Positions 24,039 to 38,310 of a DNA stretch of 64,000 bases are shown in pieces. The stretch spans positions 1,054,001-1,118,000 of the forward strand of contig BQFW01000012.1 of the NCBI GenBank assembly GCA_020891255.1. Reading direction: 5' to 3'. Numbering within the stretch: the first letter of the stretch is position 1; every line of letters starts with the position of its first letter. Origin of the DNA: Entomortierella parvispora E1425. Lineage: Eukaryota; Fungi; Mortierellomycota. The notes under the pieces are model-generated. The model made no database searches. It was not told the origin of the DNA and was given only the letters and a program-made list of their open reading frames with translations. The position numbers and the translations under genes were made by a program.

Positions 24039-27000
24039 CTACATCAAGATACAACTCTGGTCCTTCGCATTGCGGCCCTGCTTGATTCTACGAATGCTAC
24101 CCTTGTGCCCCGACTTGTTGAATGCGGACTGATCCGCGAGTCGGACCTGGGCTTCTTTGTTGCCGCCAGCGGCTGCCAGTCGATAGAACTCCATTGCTTT
24201 TGTGATATCAATCGCGACTGAGATACCCACCTCATAATAGTACCCCATGGCATATTGAGCCTTCGGTAGTTGCTTCTCTGCTGCTTGGGAAGCGTATCGA
24301 AAAGCAAGTGCATCATTGGCCTCAAAGCAGTTTTCAGCACCACTCAGATACCACCCGCTCAGTGCCATCTCGGCTTCTCCATTGCCATCGGCCGTCAAGA
24401 TGGCCAGCTCATAATGACGAACAGATAGGAAAGGATCGATTGTGCAGCCCAGGGTTCCGTATTCGTAGCAATATCCCATCTTATAATTGGCGGGGCCATA
24501 GCCAAGCTCTGCTGCCTTTTTGAACCACTCTAGCGCCTCGCCATCGTCCGGAAAGGCGATATCGTCTGGAATGGACAGCTGCTTGTATTCACGAGCAAGG
24601 ATCAGAGCAAGGACATAAGGCGCCATAGGTGAACTCTCGGTCGCAAACGAGGCGGCTCGTTTCAAATACTGCAGTCCAGTCTTCATATTCTTTGTCTGTC
24701 CAAGCTCACCATAGAGATAAACAATTGCCAAACGCTAAAAGAGAGTAATAGAGGAAGTGATAACGATAATGTTAGTGGTTGCGCATAAGGCATGCTAATA
24801 ATAGAGAGCAGGCCTATTAGCTTACATGGTTTGCAGGGACATCGTTATGGGTAGCTGCCTTCTTGTAGAGCATTACAGCTTTGTTGTTGTCTTTTCGCTT
24901 TTCACAAAAGTAGGCCACCTTGTAATGTGCAGCAGAATAGTCACCCTTGGATGCGGACTGGTACCAGCGCAAGGCTTTGTCTGGGCTTTTCTTTGTGCCG
25001 TAAAGGCCGTCCTCATACCACGTGCCACGAATATACTGTGCCTCTGGCTGTCCCTCCTTTGCGAGTCGATCCATCCAATATATCGCTTCTTGAGTCAACT
25101 GTCTCTTGCCAACCATCTCTGCCTCATCTTGGCTTGAAATGGGACTTGTTGATGGACCCATAGATCCAGCTGAGTTATGAGGCTCACCCACACCTGTCGA
25201 TGCAGCAGAGGTGGAAGCTGGGTCGATAGAGAAGGTTGATGAAGACTCTCCAATCTCCAACAAGTACTTTGCATATGACAGCTGCAATGTTGTGTCGTTA
25301 GTTTTTATGGCCGCCTCCCGGTATTTAGCTACGATAGCTGTGTCGGTCAAGAGCGAGAGTGATGTCGCCACCGAGTTGTGCTTTGAGTGAGATCCTGAGC
25401 GAGGACCTGGACTACTGTTGTTGGGTCTTCGAGGAGGAGTATGGTATCCATAAGTTTGTTGACCGTTCATAGGGGCGCCCTCCAGCTGCTCAATTGAATT
25501 GGGCGACCATGATTTGCGATGCTGCCGATTTTGGCTTGGAGCAATCATACTACTTTGACCAAGCAATTGGTCGCCAAAGCCCGTGTTTCCTGGACAATGG
25601 TTAACAAAGAACTGTAAGCAAAAGATCCTGAAGGTGGCATTCAGACAGCTGCGGCAAAGTTCATGGATTCAGAACATACCTGACATTGCTATATTTGATA
25701 ATGAGTTATTTTGATGATGCAAACTGCGATACTGCCCTGACGGATCTGTGTAAGCCTGTGGTCGGGGACCACCAGCAGGCTGTTGAGAATATGGCGATGG
25801 CTGCTGGTGAAGCGACATGTGCTGCATGTAATCAGCCGAAACAGTGGCCTCTTCTGCAGGTGAATCTGAGTATGTTCCACCGCCAAAGGGCCCATGCGCG
25901 CCTGGGAATGGCTGTCCTGAGTGTTGGCTCTGATATGGGCGAGACATTGCTGTGGGGTAGCTGAGTGTTGGTGAGGCTGGTGCGTCAACAAGCGAGGCCC
26001 AGTCTTCGGATTTGGCTGGGATCGGTTTTAAAAAATCAGCATGGTTTGTCGCACTGTTCAAAACCAAGGGGGAGACCCTTCCGCTTCCACCTTGCCCAAT
26101 GATTCCTGGTTGTGTCTGAGCTCCTGCAGCTGCGTAGGGCTGTTGTTGATGTCTGCCTTCGTCGGATGAAGGCGATCGGTGATGCGATTGTAACACGGAC
26201 TGATCACCTTGGATACCGAAAGGAGACGGCGAACGCGATCCACCAGATACAGGAGGGAATGCTGGTGAGGCAATGGCATTTACACTGGCAGTTGGTCGAG
26301 GCGACGGTAGCCCTAGAGTCTGCACTAACGACGAAGGGCTCGCTTGACCCCCAACACCATCCAAAGGAGTAAGCGACGCCAGATGGATTTCCTGTGGGCT
26401 CGCTTGATCATGCGTCTGCTGATTTTGGGACTGAGGCTTGTACGTCGATTGAGGGACATAGGTTGATTGAGGGACATAGTTTGACTGAGAGACATAAGTT
26501 GACTGGGGAACATAAGTCGACTGGGGAACGTAAGTCGACTGAGGCAAATAGGCCGACTGGGGTACAAAAGCCGATTGAGGTACATAGGTCGACTGTGGAA
26601 TGAAGTTTTGGTGCGGGACAAAGGCGGTTGTTGGAGGCTGAGGCTGTTGCGCCATGCCTGTAGCCACTGTAATTCCGTGCATTTGATAACTGTCTGAAGA
26701 TACCGATGAGTTGGAGTCTGCTTTCGGCACCGATGTGATCTCTGTATCTGTTTGAACTGCTCCTGGTTGGTAACGCAGAGATGATGAGGTATTACCACTG
26801 TTTGGCACCGTTATAGAAGAAGGAGATGCAGAAGCGACGGATGGTGAATCAGCGGTGGAGACTGAGGCGGCGGTGGAGGTGGTGGAAGGAGCACGGGCGA
26901 GACTCTCCTTGAGAGAAGGAACAGGAGGAGTCAGAATATCATTGTCGGTAAGGTATGACCCCAACTCATCTGCAAATGATTGATGACTATCGAGCTGGAG

Positions 27001-27177
27001 CGGTGCAAGGTGTTGACTAATATCGTTATCGGTGCTGTTTGGAACTGGCTCAGCTGAAGACTGGCCAGGGACACTCTCGAGTGCAGAAGGAGGTTGATGT
27101 TGCTGCCGCTGCTGTTGTTGAGAATATGACAAGTCAGAGGCGACACCCGGCTCGGACGACGATGGAGACAGGGGCAT
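24039..27177 (-). CDS. CHS4: Sel1-repeat chitin synthase activator (Chs4/Skt5-like)
   Basis: Several SEL1 repeats (AQYIRGTWYEDG, ANYKMGYCYEYG, AQYAMGYYYEVG), C-terminal CAAX motif CILM*, and a long low-complexity N-terminus. Confidence 0.85.
26431..26625 (-). repeat. 18-nt coding tandem repeat (PQSTYV hexapeptide, about 10-11 units)
   Basis: Translation PQSTYVPQSAFVPQSAYLPQSTYVPQSTYVPQSTYVSQSNYVPQSTYVPQSTYKPQS. Confidence 0.9.
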
Positions 27178-27874
27178 GGCAGAAGATGGATCCGCTGGAA
27201 AGAAGCAGGGAGGAGGAGGCAGGTGAAAAGATGGTACAAACAGGAGAAGGGAAGGAAAAAGAGAAAGGAAGAGAGAGGGAGAGAGAGAGAAAGGCAGGCG
27301 GCCAAAAAAAAAAAAAAAATGAAGACACGATCCAGCTAATACAACAAAGATGCCGATAAACTAAAAATACGCGGCGGTGTTGGTGGTGGTGACGACGACG
27401 ACAACGAGAGCGGAGCGGGGCAAACAGAGAGTTGTGCTGATGTGGAAGGATGGATGGACCGAAGATGGACAGAAAAGGGGATGGAAAGGGCAGGCAGAAG
27501 GATGGATCGGCAAACTGATCACCGCCAGCCAAAGCCTCGTCCAAAGCCCAAGGCCCGGGCGTGTGTTGTCTGTCCAGCCCACACCCCTGTCAAAGTCAAA
27601 GCAGTGCGAAGTGCTCTCTCTGCATGTGTGTGCTGTTGCTCCTGGTGTCCCACACTCTCACATCACACAGCCCAGCCCAGCGATCCAGGACCACCAACGG
27701 AAGAAACAATTCACAAAAAGAACTTCACGCCACCAAACACCGAGTGCTCCTCCCTCCCCTTAAGCCCCTCCCCGGTGCCTTATGCGCCCAACTCGGCTCG
27801 ACTGCACCTCTGATCTTTTCTTCGCTTCCATCATCCCCACACCCACACCCTCATTCCCACTTTCCCGAATCGCA

Positions 27875-29200
27875 ATGTTCGCTGCCCTCCGTCAACCCCT
27901 GGCCCGCGCTGCCGCTGCAAAGCCCCTGGTTCGCTCTTTCTCGGCTTACAACCCTATCCAGAGTAAGTCCCATTGCTGACCTACTCTTGCCCAGTTCTTC
28001 TGTCTGCACTTGTGTCATCCGGCGTTTCCTAATTTCCCACGCTTCCCTCCGGCTCTTTTCTCTGTCTCTGTATCCGATCCCTCTCTTCATACCAACCCGT
28101 ACAATGCGTGCGCACTTGGCTTTTGCTCTGCTCACACAGATGCTGTCTCCCCCACAAAGTCGCCCAAGCTTGAGTATCTTCTGACTGAGACGCGTGGTCG
28201 CGTCGGAATTGTTACCCTCCACCGCCCCAAGGCCTTGAACGCGCTCTGCAACGGTCTCTTTGTCGAGCTCAACCAAGTCCTCAAGGAGATGGACAACAAT
28301 GCCGATATTGGCGCTATTGTTCTTACTGGAAGCGAGCGTGCTTTTGCTGGTAAGGAACCAGACTCTTCATCCTGCGCGATCTCATCACCCTTTCTGCGTA
28401 CTAATAAATCGAACACTCGCCTCTCTACAGCTGGTGCCGACATCAAGGAGATGAAGGACAGAAACTTTATCGAGAACTACTCTGAGAACTTCTTGGGCCA
28501 CTGGACCCAGATCATTAACATCCGCAAGCCCATTGTTGCTGCCGTCAACGGATTTGCTGTAAGCCAAACTTCGACTTCTTGATTTTACTTTACAATGATG
28601 ACACATGTGGGAAAAAAACTATATTCACGTGATTTCTTCTCCTTTCTTCTCTTTTTGTGTTAGCTTGGAGGAGGATGTGAACTTGCCATGATGTGTGGTA
28701 CGTTGAAGTGATCCATCTGTCCTACAGAAGGAAGAAAATGTCACTCACTGGTGTTGTCACTTCTTTATGTAGATATCATCTATGCTGGTGACAAGGCAGT
28801 CTTCGGTCAGCCCGAGATCAAGTTGGGCACCATTCCTGGTGCTGGTGGTACCCAACGCCTTGTCAAAGCCGTTGGCAAATCCAAGGCCATGGAGATGTGC
28901 TTGACTGGATCTGTCAATTTGACGGCAGAGGAAGCAGAGCGTGCTGGACTTGTCAGCAGGGTGCTGCCTGCTGACCAGGTTGTGGATGAGGCTGTCAAGA
29001 CTGCTGAGAAGATTGCGAACTTGTCCCAGCCTATCGTTCAGATGGTCAAGGATGCCATCAACCAGTCGTTCGAAGTGCCTCTTGCCGCCGGATTGACCTT
29101 TGAGCGCAGACTGTTCCACGCCACATTCGGGTCCAACGACCAAAAGGAGGGCATGGCTGCCTTTGCCGAGAAGCGCAAGGCCAAATTCACCAACAACTAG
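27875..29200 (+). CDS. ECHS1: Mitochondrial short-chain enoyl-CoA hydratase
   Basis: Presequence [16 protein letters not shown]; motifs [11 protein letters not shown]|[14 protein letters not shown]|[11 protein letters not shown] and [17 protein letters not shown]. Confidence 0.95.
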
Positions 29201-29330
29201 TGTAGCACCAAAAATCATAGATTTCTCCAATAAACCGCCCCATGGGTCACGCGTGCCAACAGTGCCCCTCAACCATTTCACTCCTTTGTTCATCTTCAAA
29301 CCCCTTGCTTCATTCCATTCCATTCCTGCC

Positions 29331-31567
29331 ATGCATTGCGTTGTGAAGGCAACACTCCAGAACGAACACCGTCGTTTTACACTTGCGACTGTGAACCCAT
29401 GCAAGACATCACCTGCGGACTTGTCATACGAGGCCCTTCACTCCAAGGTAGATATACATCTTTACACCTGTGCACCCGTCCTTCCAGCGTGTAGCGACAT
29501 AACAGGCGCTGAGCCCCTTTCCGCACTTACACAGTCTCTTACGTATCACTAAACTCTTGTGCCTCAGCTCTGTGAACTTTTTGGACAGGCGAACCTGGCC
29601 ATCTCACTATTGGAACGAACAGGCGCCCAGAAGCCTCTCCGTATTGACGAGGATGTTCATTCTGCAATCACATCTGCTGTCGCTCTTGTTCCAACTGATA
29701 CCCCAATGGTCGTTATCAAGCTGAAGGTTGAGCCAGGTAAGGCGGAACACTCTATGACACTTTTAATGTATGTTGTACACCGTCTAACACAATACACAAT
29801 CCAAAAAATTGTCCTCCCTCTACACTAGCTGAACCCGCGGCTGCCTCTACACATCCCCCTTCATGCCACACCGCGGCCTGCTCTCCACGCACTTCGGCTC
29901 AGACGGGCGAGCGCTCTAAAAGCTCCTGCTCGTCTGCACCCAGTCGAATGACTTTGCATCCCAGGGTCTTTTGCGATGCGTGCCTGGCTCCTGTCAGAGG
30001 TGTGCGACATAAATGCTTGGATTGCGACAATTATGACCTCTGCCAAACTTGCCGCCCACATGCTGAAAATCTTCATCGCGCAGACCACGCATTCAAGGCC
30101 GTTGATAAATCCACTGAATGCCGGCGCCAGTCTCCACACTCTGCGCCCAGGCACGGCTTGTCTTCAGCATTCTCTCCGAAGACGGTAAAGAACTCTGCTC
30201 ATTTGGCAACTTGTGATATTTGCACCGTTGCTATCGTTGGGATCCGCCATAAATGCTTCCAATGCCCCGATTATGACCTGTGTCAAGAATGCCTCCCGTT
30301 GGCGCGAACCTATCATTCAAACCATGACTTCATTCCTATTGCTTTCCCGGGTCAAATTTCTGTGAAATTGGACAAAACGCCACACTCTGATGTGATTTGT
30401 GATGGCTGCGAAGGCGAGATTAGTGGTATTAGATACAAGGCAAGTTTTTTTTTTGGGGGGGGGGGGGCTGGCCATCGTTGATGTTACGACATACTAATTG
30501 ACTTGACCACAGTGCGGAAACTGTCTCGACTTTGATCTTTGTGGCAACTGTGAAGCCTCTCCTTCACTTGCCCATGATCCTACCCATATCATGCTGAAGA
30601 TTCGACGGCCTATTCCGAACCGCAGGGGCCAAGCTCTGCCACTTCTGCCAGTGTTGTATCAGGAGGGCTGGAGCACCCTGCAGACCGCTGTACCACAACT
30701 TCCAACAGGAGATCTGCTTTCCAACTCTGAACAAAAGCTAGAGAGCAGGACACAGGCATGCACCTCTCTGTAAGTTGAAAGTTTTTCTTTTTCTTTATTT
30801 TTCTGTTCTATTTTTGGGCTGTGGCTACAGCTTTATTCTGACAATTTTTGTTGAACAGCCACCAGGAGCTGAACCGACCTCCGGCAGCGCAGACCCATCA
30901 TGAAACCCAATACCGAGCAGCGTTTGTCAAAGATATCAATTTACAGGATGGGACAGTGATTCAAGCTGGCTCGCAGTTTCTCAAGATTTGGGAAATTTCC
31001 AATCCTGGACCAAGCGTTTGGCCCAAGAATACACGCCTTCAATTTGTAGGAGGCGATCGTATGGTAAATGATTTAGAGTCGACACCCTCAACCCCTGGAT
31101 TTCAAATTGAGCTAGCTAGTGTTGGCGAGTCTGTGTGCGTATCAGCGGACTTGAAGGCACCAGCGTATCCTGGACGTTATGTCTCCTATTGGCGTTTGGT
31201 CGCTCCGTCTGGAGAACCTTTTGGCCATCGTGTCTGGTGTGACATCGTCGTAGAAGAAGGCTCTGAGAGCAGCTCGAACTCTGCTGGATCTTCAACCATG
31301 ATTTTCCCTTTGGTAGATTGTACAGAAGCCCAGATCAAAAAGGAGTGGTCCCGGGTTGCAGCAGCAATTGCGCCCTCATCTACAGGCACCACCATCACAT
31401 CAGATAGACGCACAGTTACGGCTTCTTTAACAGATGATCAGTTGTCGAGCGTCTCTCACCAACATATGGCGACGTCTGCAGTTTCGTCTGTGCTCGACTA
31501 TGATGAATCACTTGAGAGCCAGGACAACGATTCCGACTTTGTCTTGATTGAAGACTCTTCCGCATAA
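29331..31567 (+). CDS. NBR1: NBR1-like selective autophagy receptor (PB1-like, 3 ZZ zinc fingers, FW/NBR1 domain)
   Basis: Three ZZ fingers (CDAC..RHKC..C.NYDLC, CDIC..RHKC, CDGC..RYK|C). FW domain FVKDINLQDGT...FLKIWEISNPG..WP...GRYVSYWRL...PFGHRVWCDI. Confidence 0.85.
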
Positions 31568-31962
31568 ATAGTCTATGTGCAGTGCGTTCAATTGTTTTGC
31601 CCAAAAAAAAAAAAAAATGAAAAAAAAAAACTCCCAGGCACCCCATGCTGTGGTTTAAGATGTCTTCAGCGCTAAAATCAATGAAGCGTGGGCAAATGGG
31701 ATTGCATGGTGAGTGCACAAGGCGTCGGAAGCGGTGCGCTTTGACACTTCGGAAGACTGAGAAAGTTTGGGGGAATGATTGGGGCACGGGATGGGGATGG
31801 ACCAAGTGTTGAGAGCTTTCAAGAAAGATGGCAAAGATAACGATATGCAGCTTCTCTTCCTCGCTTACTTACTTCCTATCTTTCGGGCACTCATCTCCTT
31901 TCCTTTCTTTCTCATCTGTTTCTTTATTTCCCCCCATCATCATATTTTCAAACTCTACGACT

Positions 31963-34606
31963 ATGACAATGGCCATGACTACCTCTTCTGCCTCATCTGC
32001 AGACACTGTCTTGCCTTCCAAGAACAAGTCTTCCCAAGATGGAACTGGCGTCATTCAGCTAGACCCCTGGCTAGAGCCGTACAAGGCTGGCCTTATCAAA
32101 AGGTTAGTTGCCCAAAAGGAGATACCGATCATGATAAACGAACGCTGAAAACTTATTTGAATGGACCACAGGTTCTCTGCTTATAAAGTCTGGAGAGAGC
32201 TCATTGGCCAACAAGGTGGATACGAAAAGTTCACGAGAGGATATGAAAAATTCGGGTTTCAGTCATCGACTGAGGGGATCACGTATCGCGAGTGGGCACC
32301 GAATGCCAAGGAGGCTTTCTTATTTGGAGAGTTCAGTAAGTGTGTATGGGTGTTGCTTCAACTGTGTCCTTCTGTCGCTAACGGCGCTCTGCCTCTTGTA
32401 CATCTAAAGACAGCTGGAACCACTCAAGTCATCCCATGACAAAAGACGAGTTTGGTGTTTTCGAGATCACGTTGCCCCACAACAAAGATGGAACACCAGC
32501 CATCGAGCATAACTCCAAAGTCAAGGTAAATAATATCACGATTTGCTGCATATCTACTGAGAACTAAAACTAAAGGTCTGTCTTGTCATTTTAAAGATCA
32601 CTATGGTCAAGCCAGACGGGACCCGCATTGATCGCCTTCCTGCTTGGATCAAACGTGTCACCCAGGATCTAAACGTATCTCCCACTTATGATGCCATATT
32701 TTGGAATCCACCTGGAACTTATCAGTGGAGAAACAAAGCTCCTCCAAAGCCTGCCAGTGTGAAAGTCTATGAGGCACACAGTACGTGAAACAAAACAAAA
32801 AAATGGTCAATCAATGCTGCCGCTCTAACAAATGGTTTCCTTCACTAGTCGGCATTGCCACAGCGGAGGGGCGTGTGGGGCAGTTCACAGAGTTTACAGC
32901 TAACGTCCTGCCTCGCATCAAGAAGCTGGGGTACAATACTATCCAGCTAATGGCCATCATGGAGCATGCGTACTATGCCTCTTTTGGCTACCAAGTCACC
33001 AGCTTTTTCGCAGTCAGCAGTCGCTATGGTACGTTAGGAACACCTGTTAAATTTGCCAATCCTTGCGAGAAAAAAAAACTAATAGGCGCTATCGGGTCTT
33101 CTTCAAGGCACACCTGAGGACCTGAAAGAGCTGATCGACATCGCTCACGGTATGGGTATCACAGTACTTCTTGATGTGGTCCACTCGCATGCTTGCAAAA
33201 ACGTACTTGATGGCCTCAACAACTTTGATGGGAGTGAGCATCAATACTTTCATGATGGCCCTAAAGGCCGCCACGAACTATGGGACTCCCGTCTATTCAA
33301 CTATGCAAACTATGAGACTGTCCGGTTCTTAATGAGTAACCTTCGCTTCTACATGGAAGAGTATCACTTTGATGGATTCCGATTCGATGGTGTGACCAGC
33401 ATGATGTATCTCCATCATGGCATTGGCTACGGGTTCTCGGGTAATTACCAGGAATACTTTGGAGACACTGTTGACTTAGAGGCTGTTGTCTACCTCATGC
33501 TTGCCAACGACATGTTGCACGAGCTATACCCCGATTGTATTACAATAGCGGAAGGTAATGAACATCCTGAGATATTGCAAGTATCATAGATGGCATGAGT
33601 TCTGGAAATACGCGTCTTACAAATGTCGTTACTCTCAATAGATGTTTCCGGTATGCCAACTCTCTGCAGACCCGTATCTCAAGGAGGTGTTGGGTTTGAC
33701 TACCGACTATCCATGGCAGTGCCAGACATGTGGATCAAGCTCCTAAAAGAAAAGTCGGACGATGAGTGGGATATTGGGAATATTGTCTTTACTCTGACTA
33801 ACAGGAGATACAAGGTATGAATGCGGATGCACTATTACTCGAGAAAAAAAGGGAAAAAAACGATGTTGCATGACATGGATCTCAATTGAAATTTCCGGTA
33901 TGATATCTTTGTTTAGGAGCCCTCAATTGCGTACTGTGAGTCGCATGACCAAGCCTTAGTTGGCGACAAGACTATTGCGTTCTGGCTCATGGACAAGGAA
34001 ATGTACACGCACATGAGCAACCTGACCGAGCTGACGCCAATCATTGACAGAGGCCTAGCACTACACAAGATGATCCGGCTTGTCACTCATTCCCTTGGGG
34101 GTGAAGGATACCTCACGTTCATTGGGAATGAGTTTGGACACCCAGAGTGGCTCGATTTTCCTCGAGCGGGAAATAACTCATCTTTCCATTACGCACGCCG
34201 TCAGTGGAACGTAGTGGATGACGAACTATTGCGCTACAAGTATCTCAATGACTTTGACGCGGCAATGAATGGTGCAGAGGCTAAGGTCGACTGGCTGTGC
34301 GCTCCTCAGGCTTACGTATCTCTGAAACATGAAGGCGACAAAGTCCTTTCGTTCGATAGAGCTAGCGCGATCTTCATCTTCAATTTTCATCCTACTCAGT
34401 CTTTCGCTGACTATAGGATCGGTGTCCCCGCTGCGGGCGAGTACAAGATTTTGCTGAACACTGATGAGCCTCAGTATGGAGGCCATGGGCGTGTTGATAT
34501 GTCTAGTGCATTCTTTACTCGCCAAGAGCCCTGGTGCGGTCGAGATCACTTTGTCCAGGTTTACATCCCTTGCAGAACCGCGCTGGTTCTTGTCCAAAAG
34601 AAATAA
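31963..34606 (+). CDS. GLC3: 1,4-alpha-glucan (glycogen) branching enzyme
   Basis: [61 protein letters not shown] and [14 protein letters not shown]. Confidence 0.97.
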
Positions 34607-34762
34607 ATTGGCACGTGACTACTACACGCAGTTGATGGCCAGGCGGTATGATACACCCTTAAGTTGAACCACTACAGTGGCCGTAGGTCCTCGCTCCTTT
34701 CGTTCGTTCGTTCCTTTGTTCCTTCATTCTGTAGCACTCGCCTTCCATTTCCACAATCCACG

Positions 34763-37700
34763 ATGGCACAGACTCTGGCAGGCAAATCAACCTGGCTTAA
34801 TCAGCTGCCTGATCATAGTGTCTTTCAGCTGGACGAACAAGAGTACTTGGAATGGGCTCGACACAACATGCCTGATGCATCGAGTGGCATGGGGAGCACT
34901 GACGCCTCCAGTACGCGCAACAAAAACATTGGCACAACTACAGAAAAGGCGTCATTGTTTGCAACAGCTAGTAAAATGGATCGGGATTCATTTGGACTAG
35001 AAGAACTAAAGGACGACTACCGGGAGGCACATTTAGGATTGTCCTGCATGGTTGTTCATGGACAGGATCTGTTTTTGGCAGTCGGACGGCAAGTTCGCCA
35101 CGCAAGCCTATCAGATCTAAAGAAGAACGTTGAAAACATTAGCAGGGCGGCTGCCGAGGAGTTTATGGAAAAGAAACAGCACAAGGTAAACACTCTTGTT
35201 TTTCGAAAGGAGGAACATAATATTCTTATCAACCGCGCAATTTCCAACTAACACTGAGCGAATATTTCACTTGCGGAACCTAGGTGCTGAAGGTTCAGAA
35301 TATTGACTTTGATATTCGAAGACTTATTCTCAACCCAGAAGGGAAGCTACTGGCAATTGTAGGCGATGAAAAGATTGTCATCGCGGCTCTCCCTAAGACT
35401 CTGAAGCAGAACCCCAGAGCTGTCAGTTGTAAATCATTCGTCCTTGGCGAGTACTATCATATTAACAAAGGCCCCTCGAAAATCGTCAAGGTTCTCTGGC
35501 ATCCACTCAGCAAAGGATTCACGGATGTGCTTGTCATGACTCAAGATGGCATTCTACGGTATGTACACTGGCCGCAAACTAATGATGCTCTCAATGTTTT
35601 TATTTTATTTTTTATTTTGGTGTTGTCGTTGCCCCACATCTAACATTTCTTGACTCATAGAATGTACAATGTTGCGTCTGATATTGACGAACCTGATCAA
35701 GTTTTCAACTTCTTTGGTGCACATGGACACCGATCAAGCACATATGGACTGGATGTTGATGATCTCGCGTCATTCTGTTTTGGATCGAAGTTCTCAGAAT
35801 GGGGCCAGCTTACAGTCTACGGTCTCACACAGAGCGGTGATATATACATGATGTGCCCAGTCATGCCGCAAAACTGGTGAGTTCTATCTGCGGCTCAACA
35901 TCCAAGGTCTGTAAAGGAAATTTTCGAACTGGGATTAATTGAGTTGCATTCATCATGGTATATGAACGTAGTATCATCGGAGTATCTTCTCTGGATGAGA
36001 TTCGCTCAAAGTTAGGAAAGGAAACGACTGCACCGGGAACGACAGCAGAGGAAAGAAGCCTCGTAGCTCTCAAAATAGAATGGCTCGAGAATCTGCTTCA
36101 AAGTGCACAGCCACACCCATTCTCTGACGACGTGGTCATGGTGCAGAGGCCTGACCTTAAAGCTGCGCTGACAGCACGACAAGGACCTTTCCTTTATCAA
36201 CCCGCCCCGTATGAGTTGAAAGATGACGAGAACAGGGCATACGATATTCTTAGCTTGGAAATAGAGGCAGTTGATGTGATCGCGATTGCTCACTCTAGCG
36301 GGAGGGTAGACATTTGCATGGCAGTTGACCGGCCTACGGCTCGATGGACTCTGCCAAAGTCAGTTGATCCAAGAGGCCGTGGTGGCTATTTAGAAGAGAC
36401 TATTAACGTGCAAGAGCTCCCAGTGGTTTCAGTATACGAGACTGTCGATCTGGGCTTACTCTCTGTCTTTGGAACGAGTCCAACGTCTACATCAAGGGCT
36501 TACGGCCTGGATGAGCGGAGATTAGGCATTCCCAACCACCCGGTTTTGGTACAGGACATTTTGTACGGCGATACCTTTTATATCTACCATGAAACAGGGA
36601 CACATTGTGTTTCCATCCGACCATGGCTAGAAAAACTTACGTCGATCTTTGAGGCCACCGCACGCGGCCAGTCTGCAAGAATGGATTCTGAAATCAAGCG
36701 ATTTTACGAATCATCGGTTGAGTCCAGTGTATGCTATGTCGTGAATACCAGGCCTACCAGAACAAGGTATGTTAAATGTGAGGCACATATCAAGCAGGTA
36801 TTAGCTGTACTGCTCTAGTAAGAATATACTAATATGCTGACTATCTGCACTCCTCTGTTCACCCGTCATAGTCCAGCCGCGCCTGTGATAGCCTGCGCTG
36901 TTGTCGCTGATCCTTACCTTGATTATTCGTTGCTTATGTTGACATCTTCCTTGCAGCTTATTGGAATTCAGCTCTCTACACGACCTTCCCACGACACCAA
37001 TGGCGCTTTATTGACTCCATCGCTTCCAGCACAGCCACTGGCATTGCAGAGCGAAGCGGCTTTTCAGAAGACGTACACTCCATCGCTCTCTAAACCAGGA
37101 TTTGAAGAGCAGGGTGGACTATTGAACCCAAATGGACTGCCCCTTCGACCGAAGGTTGTCCTACCCCCTGGCGCTGGCAAAGCCAACATTACCGTCACAG
37201 AGGAGAATTTGAGGTTCTTGAATATGCTGGTCCAGGGAATTCGCGAGTCTTTACGAGAGGTCTATTCGGCTGGCGATCTTACTCAACAGCGTGTCGACGA
37301 ACAATTGGTTGAATACTCGCGACAGCAGGACGTGGTCAACAAGACGCATCAACACACTCAAGGCTTCCTCTCCAACAAGACACAGGAGCAGGCAAATCGA
37401 TTGGATGCACAGAACGCGCGGCAGATGTCATTGATGGCCCGAGCAGACAATCTCCTCCAGAAATTGATGGAATCTAAGGAACCAGAATTGAGCCCTGCGG
37501 AGAAAGTGTGGGTGACCGAAGTGGCCAAGAGCGAGAGAGCTGTCAAAGCGTATAACGAACGTCGACACAAAGTACAAGCTCAGTACGAAATTTTGAACAG
37601 AAGGATGAGAGAGATGATGCCAGAGCAGAGCATTGAGACACCTTTGTCCTCTACAACTGTGTCTGGTCCAGATGGTTTAGATACCAAGAGGACTCATGGA

Positions 37701-38022
37701 CAATCTCTCAAGAGAGGCGAATTGGGAAGCTCAACCTCGCCATCCCCTGGAGCGATCACCATGACACCCGCTTCATCGTCACTCCCTCCTCAGCCCAGAC
37801 GAGCCACGGCGCGCTTTGGGACATCCCAGCTAAAGTCTGTTGAGAGCGACTTATCGATCGAGTAAGTCGAATACTCTAAAAATGTGTGTTGCTATAACGT
37901 GTGATTTCCTTTCCTAAAGACCGTTGACAATTCTATTCAATAGGTCGCGATTGCTTGAGTCTACTGTCAAGCAGCTGAAGGAGCTGAGTTCTCGTATGGA
38001 AGTGCTGAAGATTGGTCAATAA
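34763..38022 (+). CDS. NUP82: Nucleoporin Nup82/Nup88
   Basis: Beta-propeller motifs (IRRLILNPEGKLLAIVG, IVKVLWHPLS, SFCFGS..WGQLTVYGL..SGDIY.MCPVMP) and a C-terminal coiled coil. Last exon ends at TAA 38020-38022. Confidence 0.8.
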
Positions 38023-38310
38023 GTCCCACAACTCTGAAGATATATCCTTGTTTACTGAGTGTCACAAGCACTTATCTCGATAATAAAGGATGAAAAAGCG
38101 CAAGTATTATAAAACTTGGGGTTATTAATAATTTAAAAAGGACAACCCAAGAGAAGCTGACTAAATAAAATGCTTTTGCATTGCACAACCCGTCTATGAC
38201 GGCCCATGCACCCTGGTTTCGTAACACCGCGACCAAAGGGCGGGAGCTTCTGGCTTGCTACAGCAAGGCCAGGTTCAGTCCCCTCTGTGGCCTTTCATGC
38301 TCGTTCGTCA

